From the NCBI GenBank assembly GCA_963732385.1, contig CAVSZB010000003.1, forward strand, positions 160,001 through 224,000: a stretch of 64,000 bases of DNA. Direction: 5' to 3'. Within the stretch, counting starts at the first letter, position 1. Every line of letters begins with the position of its first letter. Positions 39,501 to 47,366 of the stretch are shown here, one piece after another. The DNA is from an uncultured bacterium. Lineage in GTDB: Bacteria > Krumholzibacteriota > Krumholzibacteriia > LZORAL124-64-63. The position numbers and the translations under genes are program-made. The notes below the pieces were generated by a model that was given only the letters and a program-made list of their open reading frames with translations, was not told the DNA's origin and did not search any database.

Positions 39501-39684
39501 CTGAATCGACGGCGGCCTTGCCGCTGCTCACGGGCCCGCCAGTAAGCGCGCTGTTGTTGGCGCCCCTGGCGTTAAACGGGTAAAGCCGGGCCTGTCCGCT
39601 GTCATCCCTGGAAGAATCGTCGGCGATCGCGAGGCTGGCGAAGAGCGCCAGAGACAGACATACGGTAAATGTGAGTCTCTTCAT
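36562..39684 (-). CDS. Large secreted FlgD-Ig/T9SS-like CTD protein, paralogue 3 of 3
   Basis: 1040 aa, same signal peptide and CTD as paralogue 1. Confidence 0.85.
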   Translation of the reverse strand: MKRLTFTVCLSLALFASLAIADDSSRDDSGQARLYPFNARGANNSALTGGPVSSGKAAVDSVYIMGGPNRLDGKFESSTKALVPDDQGWTGNDDTNMTATWHISDYNCANLDPLGAANLAMWCGEVFSGSCSEVDPVEGYDNNYNLWLDWYGQVASNTVATDVTVRAIFNSNSEKRYDYLILQVEKLGVMEQAGKTSAWDGVNVAVAVEVAFTVEPDSYVGDLNNEIHLRWLGYSDTGWSDGDCYWPSDGLAQLDNIEVLFGKLHAEVRQTYDTFQPGDPVHWVNVKPPYVGEFHKVWPLLGDADVCLSNNTPQMAFIDDGIVVPGTGGTQCTTWNYGPGGWGVTTTGGLAGDLYGINNSVISPVMAWPGGADGGYDGATFLWDVYNHLPIDNGIFYFWGIRTSKDGGITWPGGWKDFNTVIYGGVLGEYYRDWYGVTSLLNSGRNAVQLSLGVTEPWLDKYLSNDNTPSPYFDNVALAVYPFGGPALSVTGEWALFNDGWPENAEINYTDLAQNWVRVDIAGNTDDVANTPGDSVVVTVKAVRNGAVLTGPPTMHVKMKMNPLFDAYRTAIPAGFTQDGPYLYGTVLGDTVWNESIPPVRLPNLFQFDLPDTGFFFPGDSFHYYIRAEDTVGGVVGVSQMPRDSTGFSYFPGDLHYDSYRYYEVWKVDALPTMITAVKDVGQPHLLFWDDSADRGNQNEWFSSLDNLGFRQGIDYDIYANAGPSSGLGNGLGGRTNALKMSGYNTLLYTSGSLDAYTISSTTKGDPGNDIACLDAWLNQGGKNFFATGDNLIQDISRSGVNAVLFRDKWFKVAYNGFNLAPLIGGQVAPHVSPITVAGAPVLTKSYLVQGGCANYISDFDAVTALAPAVRIAQFTSPTGALGAYPYAAAVYNNVTENTARVVFMPYDLSNIWDGAPTGGIAVRTQILMDVLAFFGNLPGGAAVGVTPEAVFTARNFPNPFNPSTKIEFTLPAKSQVELKIYNVRGELVKTLLNENMDATTHSVIWDGRNSTGQSVSSGVYFYSLKAGSYEKMEKMTLVK

Positions 39685-40449
39685 GTTTCCCCCTAACGTT
39701 GATTCGATTCAACGCAATCAAGGTTGCGCACACGTCACCGGCTGCCACTTACTAACTCAGCCGGGAGCAAATCAAGGGAGGCCAAAGTTCATCCCCGCAC
39801 AGTTTCGCGGCGCAAAGCCGGGCGAGAAATGAAGCTTATCTCCTTCAAGCTGGAACGTGGGCGAGTGGAACTTGGCAACAGTGCAACAGTACCGAATGTC
39901 AAGTGCGCGGACGACTGAGAGAGTGGAGCCCAGGGACAGCGCGCATCGCACGAACTTTTGCCCATGAGCCACTACATGAGTCACAAAGGTGAGATCGCCT
40001 CCTCTGAATATTTTGGTGGAGAATGATGCAATTTGGAGCAGCAGCAGCAGAAAGGGCTTGGGCGGGGGCATATCGACCCGAACCATCGACCACGGCTTCG
40101 CCAATCCCAAAGCCAAGCCGAACCGCTCGGTCGCAATCACACCCATCTCCAAGACCTCTCTAACCTCAATGCCAGGCCAAGACCGGAATGGTCCAAACAG
40201 CGGCGCAGCACTGACGATAGGCTCAGCAGCAGGTCGGCGAGGATGGTATTGCAGAGTCTTCCCGTCGGACTTTGCCAACGGGAAGCAGCGAGGATACTCA
40301 GATTACCAGATTGCCCTTCCCTCTGTCAACGGTCCTCTACATGGAAGTGGGGAATAATCTCACCGTCTGTTATCAAATTTGCCCCTTCGCTATATATGCA
40401 AACCTCTTAGGTTGGGCATTGTCTCGAGTTGTGAAATCCCCGGATCGGG

Positions 40450-40514
40450 CGCACCAACAGAAGCGGCCCCCCCGTGCGGGGGGGCCGCTCCCTTCAGACT
40501 CGGCCGTGAAGCAA
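40450..40514. repeat. ~65-bp direct repeat copy 4, with no associated paralogue
   Basis: Matches copy 1 up to GTGAAGCAA, then unrelated sequence. Confidence 0.88.
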
Positions 40515-40709
40515 AGGGAAATGGATCGAGCAGCACTTCAGGCAGAAGATAGGAATTTCAACCGCCCGGTCCGCCTTTTCGCTCCCTGTCGGTTGGACGG
40601 TTACGCTCCGGCGTTCTCGGCGGCATGACCCAATTGTGTCTGGCAGCAGTCTCCAGTATTGGCTGGCGGCGCGCGGGAAAAGGGACGGTCCGCAATCGCT
40701 GCCGTCACC

Positions 40710-42362
40710 TCAGATGTCCAGTTCAGCCATCCGTTCCGCCGCCGCGCGGCCGGCCAGCATAGCCACGGCGAGCGCGCCAAGATTGACCACGACCGGCACC
40801 GCCCAGACCACGCCCGGCGGCAGATCCAGCGAAATGCAGCCCACCAGCACCACGGCGTTCACCGCCAGCAACGCGATTCCCGCCAGCAGGCCGAAAAGCA
40901 CGTTCAGATTCTGCTTAACCGCCTCGATGGTCTCTTTCCAGGCCAGCTTGGGGCGCGAGGCATCGATGGCCAGACCGAACGCGCCGGCCGCCGCCAGGGC
41001 CAGCTCGCCCGTGAACCAGGCGTAGAGCCACGGCCCGGGCGTCAGGCGCAACAGCAGGCCGGCCGCCGCCATCGTGGCCAGATGCGCCACCGAGGCGATC
41101 GTCAGGGCGCCGAGCCATTTGCCGAAAAACAGCGCGAACGGCTCCACCGGCAGAGACCGCTCGATCCAGAGCCGGCGGCCGTCCTTCGACCAGCTCGCCG
41201 AGAACAGCGATGACAGAGTGCCGAGGGCGGCCACGGCGAGCCCGAGACCGGCCGCCGCGACCGGGCGCAGCGCCGACTCCTGAGGGGCGGCGAACGCCCC
41301 CGCCAGTTCCCGCAGGCCGCCGCCGTCGGCGCCGCCGTGCCGGGTCAGCAACGACATCGTCACCCCGATCGGAACCGCCACGTAGCCGCCCAGCGCGTTC
41401 ATCGCCACCGCGGGGTCGCGCATGACGCAGGCGATCTCCTTGCGCGCGCAGGAGAGCAGGAACGCACGCGGTCGCGACGCTTCCGCACGCCCCCGTCCGC
41501 GCGCGCTGGCGCCCGCCCCCTCGAGCACGGGGCGCAGGTAGATACGTTCCGCCGCCAGCAGCACGACGCCGACCGCGACGGCCGGGGCGGCCAGCGCGAG
41601 CAGGAAATTCACGGCCGCCGTCGGCCCCGGCGCGGTCAGAGCGCGGATCGCGAAGAGGGAGCCGGGCAGTTGGCGACCGATCGACTCGAACTGGCGCATC
41701 TTGACCTGCACGAAATCCATGGCGTCGGTCACCGGCAGGCCCGGGTCGACGACCCGTCGCAGGACCAGCCAGGCGGCCAGCATGGCGGAGGTCAGCATCA
41801 GGTGCCAGAACCAGCGGTTACGCCCCAGTCCCGGGATGTTTCCCACCAGCAGCACCAGCAGCGTGCCGGCGCAGAGCGGGATCACCGGCATGGCCAGCGC
41901 CAGTGGTGCCGCCGCCAGCCAGCGCAGCGGTCCGGCCCCGGTGTGCGCGAGGTGCTGGAGGAGCGGCGGCAGGAAGAACGCCCCCCCGATGGCGAGTTCG
42001 ATCAGCCAGACCACCGCCAGCTTGGCCGCCACGATCTGCGTCGGGCGGTACGGCAGTGGCAGCAATATCGACAGATCCCGCGCGCGCAACAGCGTGGCGT
42101 GCGCGACGGTCACCGAGGTGAACAGGACCGTGATCTGGGCGAGCGCGTAGATCCCCGCCAGCAGCAGGTCCTGCAGCGGCAGTCCCTGCTGCTCCATCGC
42201 GGCGTAGGCGCCGCCGATTCCGACCGTGTAGGCGACCGCCAGCGGCGCCACGCCGAGCGTGATCACGCCGAGCGTGGCCAGCATCCGCCAGCGCCGGCGC
42301 GGCGACCGCAGAGCATTGAGATCGAAGTTGGCGATCAGCATGGTGCGCATCAGCGTGAGCAT
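40710..42362 (-). CDS. ABC-2 type exporter permease (multi-TM)
   Basis: Two TM blocks with 'DLSILLPLP...IVAAKL' and 'SKDGRRLWIERSLPV'; directly downstream of an ABC ATPase. Confidence 0.8.
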   Translation of the reverse strand: MLTLMRTMLIANFDLNALRSPRRRWRMLATLGVITLGVAPLAVAYTVGIGGAYAAMEQQGLPLQDLLLAGIYALAQITVLFTSVTVAHATLLRARDLSILLPLPYRPTQIVAAKLAVVWLIELAIGGAFFLPPLLQHLAHTGAGPLRWLAAAPLALAMPVIPLCAGTLLVLLVGNIPGLGRNRWFWHLMLTSAMLAAWLVLRRVVDPGLPVTDAMDFVQVKMRQFESIGRQLPGSLFAIRALTAPGPTAAVNFLLALAAPAVAVGVVLLAAERIYLRPVLEGAGASARGRGRAEASRPRAFLLSCARKEIACVMRDPAVAMNALGGYVAVPIGVTMSLLTRHGGADGGGLRELAGAFAAPQESALRPVAAAGLGLAVAALGTLSSLFSASWSKDGRRLWIERSLPVEPFALFFGKWLGALTIASVAHLATMAAAGLLLRLTPGPWLYAWFTGELALAAAGAFGLAIDASRPKLAWKETIEAVKQNLNVLFGLLAGIALLAVNAVVLVGCISLDLPPGVVWAVPVVVNLGALAVAMLAGRAAAERMAELDI

Positions 42363-42372
42363 GGGAGTATCC

Positions 42373-43086
42373 TCACCGCTCGGTCCGCTCGAGGAAGAGA
42401 CTCTCCAGTGACTCGCCGGGGCGCGAGCGCAGCTCGTCGAGCGTTCCGCATGCGATCAACCGCCCGTTCACGATGATGCCCACCCGGTCGCACAGCTTTT
42501 CGGCCACTTCGAGGATGTGCGTGGAGAAGAAGACGGTGTTCCCGGCGTCGGCGTGCGTCCGCATCATGTTCTTGAGCGTGAACGCCGAGCGCGGGTCGAG
42601 CCCCACCAGCGGCTCGTCGAGGATCCAGATGCGCGGAGCGTGCACCAGCGCCGCCAGCAGCACGATCTTCTGCCGCATGCCGTGCGAGTACGACTCGATA
42701 AGGTCGCCCAACGCCGCGGTCAGTTCGAACGCGGCCGACAGCTCGGTCGTCCGCCGCGCCCGCTCCACCCGCGGCACGCGGTAGGCGTCGGCCACGAAGT
42801 TCACGAACTGCGCGCCAGTCAGTTTCTCGTATACGTCCGGGCCGTCGGGCACGTAGGCCAGCTGCCGCTTCGCGCGGATCGGCTCCCGCCGCACATCCAC
42901 GTGGTCGACCAGCACCGCCCCCGCGTCGGGCCGCAGCAATCCCGCGATCATCCTGATGGTGGTCGTCTTCCCGGCTCCGTTCGGCCCGAGGAACCCGAAG
43001 ATTTCCCCGTCCCGCACGGTGAGGTCGAGCCCCTCGACCGCCACCTTGTCCCCGAAACTCTTGCGCGCGCCCTGGATTTCGATCAT
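42373..43086 (-). CDS. ABC transporter ATP-binding protein
   Basis: Walker A GPNGAGKTT, signature YSHGMRQK, Walker B ILDEP, STH. Confidence 0.95.
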   Translation of the reverse strand: MIEIQGARKSFGDKVAVEGLDLTVRDGEIFGFLGPNGAGKTTTIRMIAGLLRPDAGAVLVDHVDVRREPIRAKRQLAYVPDGPDVYEKLTGAQFVNFVADAYRVPRVERARRTTELSAAFELTAALGDLIESYSHGMRQKIVLLAALVHAPRIWILDEPLVGLDPRSAFTLKNMMRTHADAGNTVFFSTHILEVAEKLCDRVGIIVNGRLIACGTLDELRSRPGESLESLFLERTER

Positions 43087-43275
43087 CGGCCCGCCTCTCG
43101 CGGCTGGGGAAAGAGGCCCAGTTTAGGGCTCCGCCTGCCGGAAGGCCAGAGTCCGGTGTCCGTGCCCCGCCATGCCGCATCGCGCCATCTCAGGAATTGC
43201 GAGTATTTTCTTGAGCGATATTTCCCCCCTGACAGACAATCCTCTGTGAGATCACCTGCCACGCGAGGAGAACCG

Positions 43276-44625
43276 ATGGCCGCGCTCGAAAGATTCCTTC
43301 AGGCCGTGAGCAACGTTGTCTGGGGGCCGCCGCTGCTGGTGCTCCTGTTCGGCACGCACCTCTATCTGACGTTCCGTCTGCGTTTCATGCAGCGCTACAT
43401 TTTCCGTGCGATCCGGCTCTCGTTCTCGCGGAGGCGCGAGGGGGAGGGAGACATCTCACAGTTCGGGGCGCTTACCACCGCGCTTGCCGCGACCATTGGC
43501 ACCGGGAACATCGTCGGAGTGGCCACCGCCATCGGCGCGGGCGGACCGGGCGCGGTGCTCTGGATGTGGCTGACCGGCGTGTTCGGCATCGCCACCAAGT
43601 ACGCCGAGGCGGTGCTGGCGGTGAAATTCCGGGTCCGCACGCCGCAGGGGACGATGGCCGGCGGACCGATGTACGCGCTGGAGCGGGGACTCGGCCTGCG
43701 CTGGCTGGCCGTGCTGTTCGCCGCCTTTACCGCGATCGCCGCCTTCGGGATCGGCTGCATGGTGCAGGCGAACTCGATCTCATCGCTCGCCCGGGAGACG
43801 TTCCGGGTCTCGCCCTGGCTCACCGGCGCAATCATGACCGCCTTCACGGCGGTGGTGATATTGGGCGGGATCAGGAGCATCGCCGCAGTCTGCGAACGGC
43901 TGGTGCCGTTCATGGCGGTGTTCTATGTGCTCGGCTGTGTCGTCCTGCTCGTCCTGCGCGCCGACACGCTGCCCGACAGCCTCGGTCTGATCGTGCGCGG
44001 CGCCTTCAATGGCCAGGCGGCCGTGGGCGGCTTCCTTGGCGCCGGCATGAAGGAGGCGGTGCGCTACGGCATCGCGCGCGGCCTTTTCTCCAACGAATCG
44101 GGTCTGGGCAGCGCGCCGATCGTCGCGGCCGCCGCGCAGACGCGCAATCCGGTGCGCCAGGCGCTCGTATCATCGACCGGCACGTTCTGGGACACCGTCG
44201 TCGTCTGCGCCCTGACGGGGCTCATGCTCGTCAACATGGGGGATTGGCGGCAGGGGCTGCAGGGGGCTGCCCTGACGAGCGCCGCCTTCGGAGAGATCCA
44301 CGCGTTCGGCCCGATGGTGCTGACGGTCGGGCTGCTGACCTTCGTCTTCTCGACGATCCTCGGCTGGTCGTACTACGGGGAGCGCGCCGCCGAGTACCTC
44401 TTCGGAACGCGCGCGATCCGTCCCTACAGGCTGGCCTGGGTGGCGGCTGTGATGGTGGGGTCGGTGGTCTCGCTGCCGGCCGTCTGGGCCTTCGCAGACA
44501 TCGCCAACGGCCTGATGGCCGTGCCCAACCTCGTGTCGTTGCTCCTGCTCTCGGGCGTCATCGTGGCCGAAACGAGGGAGCACCTCTGGAAGCAGCCGGC
44601 GGCCGGGACGCGCCGCGATATCTGA
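43276..44625 (+). CDS. Sodium:alanine/glycine symporter (AGCS family)
   Basis: GAGGAG RBS; 'LAATIGTGNIVGVA', 'GGPGAVLWMW', 'GGPMY', 'RGLFSNESGLGS', 'MAVPNL'. Confidence 0.93.
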   Translation: MAALERFLQAVSNVVWGPPLLVLLFGTHLYLTFRLRFMQRYIFRAIRLSFSRRREGEGDISQFGALTTALAATIGTGNIVGVATAIGAGGPGAVLWMWLTGVFGIATKYAEAVLAVKFRVRTPQGTMAGGPMYALERGLGLRWLAVLFAAFTAIAAFGIGCMVQANSISSLARETFRVSPWLTGAIMTAFTAVVILGGIRSIAAVCERLVPFMAVFYVLGCVVLLVLRADTLPDSLGLIVRGAFNGQAAVGGFLGAGMKEAVRYGIARGLFSNESGLGSAPIVAAAAQTRNPVRQALVSSTGTFWDTVVVCALTGLMLVNMGDWRQGLQGAALTSAAFGEIHAFGPMVLTVGLLTFVFSTILGWSYYGERAAEYLFGTRAIRPYRLAWVAAVMVGSVVSLPAVWAFADIANGLMAVPNLVSLLLLSGVIVAETREHLWKQPAAGTRRDI

Positions 44626-44686
44626 GCCGGGCCGCGTCGGGTCGGCCCGGCGGCCGATGTTGCGCGCGGAGTCGCCTGCAAACGAC

Positions 44687-44712
44687 GGCGGCCCGGCTGA
44701 AGCCGGGCCGCC
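44687..44712. terminator. Hairpin between convergent symporter and lipoprotein genes
   Basis: GGCGGCCCGGC-TGAA-GCCGGGCCGCC. Confidence 0.55.
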
Positions 44713-44759
44713 GCCTGGAGGAGCGCGCGGTCACGCGCCTTCCACTACAGATTCCCTCA

Positions 44760-45854
44760 TCAGTCGGTCACGAACAGGTCCAGGTAAGTGTAGGACCCGG
44801 TCGGATCGTCCGACAACACAACGGTCGGATGGAAATCGCAGGTGTCGTCGAGGTCGCCCAGGTCGAGGCCCTTGATCGCCGCGTTGCGGGTGGTGGTGTC
44901 CCAGCTCGGATCGAAATTGAAGGTCAGACGCCACCAGCCGACCTTGGTCACGCCAGGAACCCAGTTGAACCCCGGGGTGGGCTTCTTCGGCGTTGTTGGC
45001 GGCTTGAAGTGCGCCAGATCCCAGTTGTAGCCGTAGATGACCTTGCCCGGCACGTTCAGCTCGGCCGAGTAGGCTCCGCTCGGACCGTCCACGCCGTAAA
45101 GCTCGTAGACGGCGCTGTTGTAGTACGTGGAGGCGATGTAGTCAGCATAGCCCGGCGCGAAGGTGTCCGGGATGAGGCCGGTCGGCACGTTCGAGATGTC
45201 AGCCGGCCAGTCCAGCTTCTCGATCCGGAAGCGGGCGCAGCTCGAATAGGCGGTCGCGGCGTCGGCCGGGATGAGCGTGCCCGTCGCGTTGCCGGTGGCC
45301 GGATCGGCCGGAGTGCCCCAGACCTCTTCGATGCCCTCGCCGAACAGGTAGTTCATCGCGTAGGCGTTCAGCGGCGCGGCCAGGCTGGCCTGATACGCCG
45401 CGAAGTCGGTCTTGAACAGCACGACTTCGGTACGGATGATGGAGTGCTCGGTCCAGATCTGGTGGGTCAGAGCGTCGGCCCAGTCGCTGTCGACCTCAAC
45501 GGGCGGGGCGCCGGCGCCGCTCGCCCAGTCGGCCTGCCAGATGTTACCGCTCTGCTGCAGGTAGTAGAGAACGTCGAGATAACTGTAGGTCGCGCCCCAG
45601 ACATCGCCGGCATCGCCCGGCATGCCGGTGCTCTCGAGCACGTTCAGACCCGTGAGGCCAACGCCCTCCGTGAAGAAAACCGGCAAAGACAGATTGTTGG
45701 CTCCGGCGGTGTTACCGCCCATCTTGGCCAACGACGCGCCGTCGGTGGCCGGCGCCAGAGGATCGCTGCGTTCGCAACCGGCCAGCAGCACCATGCCCAT
45801 GCATAAAGCCACGGTCAGGGCGGCCCAGCGCACTCGGTGGGAAGTGCCAGTCAT
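44760..45854 (-). CDS. Lipoprotein of unknown function, paralogue A
   Basis: Lipobox 'LAGC'; 'NNLSLPVFF', 'AELNVPGKVIYGYNW'; colinear with 47367-48458. Confidence 0.8.
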   Translation of the reverse strand: MTGTSHRVRWAALTVALCMGMVLLAGCERSDPLAPATDGASLAKMGGNTAGANNLSLPVFFTEGVGLTGLNVLESTGMPGDAGDVWGATYSYLDVLYYLQQSGNIWQADWASGAGAPPVEVDSDWADALTHQIWTEHSIIRTEVVLFKTDFAAYQASLAAPLNAYAMNYLFGEGIEEVWGTPADPATGNATGTLIPADAATAYSSCARFRIEKLDWPADISNVPTGLIPDTFAPGYADYIASTYYNSAVYELYGVDGPSGAYSAELNVPGKVIYGYNWDLAHFKPPTTPKKPTPGFNWVPGVTKVGWWRLTFNFDPSWDTTTRNAAIKGLDLGDLDDTCDFHPTVVLSDDPTGSYTYLDLFVTD

Positions 45855-46068
45855 CGTCTACCCCCTTGTGAAACAATGATGTCGAATCGCTAAGCTATCA
45901 TGGCCTGATCGTCCGAATCATCACCTCCGTATCCGCGAGGCTAAGACACAGCGATTTCGGTGGGCAGACGAGGATGCCGCTACACGAGTGACTGTTGGCG
46001 GGCCGCACTCGGCCTGGGTGCGTCCGAATCAACGTTGAGTTCCCTCAACCCCCTGAGGGAGCTTTTTG

Positions 46069-46098
46069 ATTGTGCAGCAGAACGGATTCAAAAGTCAA
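46069..46098 (-). promoter_or_regulatory. Promoter of lipoprotein paralogue A
   Basis: TTGACT-N18-CACAAT; same -35 and spacing upstream of paralogue B despite a diverged spacer. Confidence 0.55.
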
Positions 46099-46180
46099 CA
46101 TGAAAGTAATGAGATGTTTATTATTTCGGGCATGGGGCGTCGCGGTTCGTGCGGTGCCGCGAAACCGGAGGCGGAAACGA

Positions 46181-46211
46181 GCGCCGCCCGGAGCGGGGCT
46201 CCGGGCGGCGC
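46181..46211 (-). terminator. Intrinsic terminator downstream of the 46237-47022 gene
   Basis: 14-bp stem GCGCCGCCCGGAGC/GCTCCGGGCGGCGC, then TCGTTT on the minus strand. Confidence 0.6.
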
Positions 46212-46236
46212 GAACTCCCGGGGGTTCGGGTCTCGG

Positions 46237-47022
46237 TCAGGTGCGCACGATTTCACCGGTGCGCAAATTGAGCTGATAGGTCCAGCCACCCTCCACTTCG
46301 AGCTCGGCCGTGTCGCCGCCGGTGAAGCGCACGGTTACCGTAGCCCGCAGCTGCGCCGCGAGCTGGGTACGCTCAGCGTCCATGTAGCGGGCGGCGATCA
46401 TCTCCCAGGTCATCACGCCGGAGCACGGCAGCTCGCCGCTTTCGACCGGCTTCAGGTAGGCCACGTTCTGCACCTGGACCTGGCTCTCCAGTCGGAAGTG
46501 CCGCTGGTACTGGTACATGAGTGCAGTGAAGGAGCTCTGGCACGAGTCGCTGCAGGTGCCGTTGAATTTCAGCGAGTCAGCCAGCGCGTTCACGCCCTGC
46601 AGTTCGAACTGCGAGCGGTGCTGCACCTGGGCCTGGTAGCGGACCGTCGTGATCTCGCCCGCGGCCCGCAGCTGCGTCTGCAGTCGCACGGTCAGCAGGG
46701 GATCGTAGCTGGCCATGGTGTCGCCGGCGGCATTGATGAAGCGGATCTGGTAGTGATAGGTGAAACCGCCGATCGTGGTCTCTCCCTCGGTCGGAGGGGG
46801 GGCGGTCTTCGCGACCGTGGTCTCCACATTGAGCGTCGGCAGCACGGCCAGTGTGCCGCCGTTGTCGAGGGCCAGCGTGGAGGCGACCTGGGTCGCCAGA
46901 TCGTCGGCTTCATCCTGCGTCAGGGTAGCCGGAGAGGTGGCATCGTCGCTGCAGCCGGCGGCCAGGCTCAGAACGGTCAGCGCGGCGAGCGACAACATTG
47001 ATCTCATAACCCGGGAACTCAT
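46237..47022 (-). CDS. Lipoprotein of unknown function (beta-rich)
   Basis: AGGAGG RBS before ATG 47022; lipobox 'AAGC'; 'TVTVRFTG...YQLNLRTG' C-terminus. Confidence 0.75.
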   Translation of the reverse strand: MSSRVMRSMLSLAALTVLSLAAGCSDDATSPATLTQDEADDLATQVASTLALDNGGTLAVLPTLNVETTVAKTAPPPTEGETTIGGFTYHYQIRFINAAGDTMASYDPLLTVRLQTQLRAAGEITTVRYQAQVQHRSQFELQGVNALADSLKFNGTCSDSCQSSFTALMYQYQRHFRLESQVQVQNVAYLKPVESGELPCSGVMTWEMIAARYMDAERTQLAAQLRATVTVRFTGGDTAELEVEGGWTYQLNLRTGEIVRT

Positions 47023-47185
47023 AACGGCCTCCTTGGGCATTCGGGCTCCTGCCTGGCGAGGAACTGGTGCCGGGGAATGCAAGGGGCGTTCCAGATTGAG
47101 AATAGTCTGCATGCCGGTTCAGGATAACCCGCTGTTGCCGGATGTGGCGTATCGCGGCCGGACGCCGGCAGACTGCTTTGGCAGG

Positions 47186-47270
47186 CTGAACCCAGGGGTG
47201 CGCCCGCCGACCCGATCCGACCGGAGTACCCGCGGCGTTGCTGCCCCCTCTTGGACTCCGCCGGTTTCGC
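47186..47270. repeat. Diverged copy of 48834-48920 (remnant of a tandem duplication)
   Basis: CTGAACCCAGGGG.TGCGCCCG...CCGGAGT.CCC...GCCGGTTT.GC shared between the two sites. Confidence 0.7.
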
Positions 47271-47291
47271 TGCAGCGGAATCAAATGGGAA

Positions 47292-47319
47292 AGCGGCCCG
47301 GCCGAGTGGCCGGGCCGCT
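47292..47319 (-). terminator. Intrinsic terminator of lipoprotein paralogue B
   Basis: 12-bp stem AGCGGCCCGGCC/GGCCGGGCCGCT, then TTCCCATTT on the minus strand. Confidence 0.6.
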
Positions 47320-47366
47320 GTCTGCCGATTCGCGACGTTACGCGCCAGCCGCGAAAAATCTCTCTG

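Noticed and set aside
27265..39684. Diversity-generating retroelement as the source of paralogue variation
   Set aside because: No reverse transcriptase in the window. The differences inspected include synonymous C/T and G/C changes and indels with AAC codons preserved, so they are not adenine-specific; no TR/VR pair was seen.
40240..40290. c-di-GMP-I (GEMM) riboswitch-like GGCAAA...GCAA in the array leader
   Set aside because: The GGCAAA is not kept in copy 2, and the GNRA loop/receptor and P1 pairing are missing.
27195..40514. The 65-bp repeats as a CRISPR array or integron attC sites
   Set aside because: Spacing is ~4-5 kb with homologous 'spacers'; no cas or integrase gene; each repeat is a GC hairpin with a U-tail, i.e. 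a terminator.
43095..43200. Glycine riboswitch upstream of the alanine/glycine symporter
   Set aside because: Fragments (GGAAAGAG, CGCC, GAAGG, CTCAGG) are present, but CGCCGAAG is interrupted and the GCAA/P3 elements are absent; needs an Rfam cmscan to be certain.
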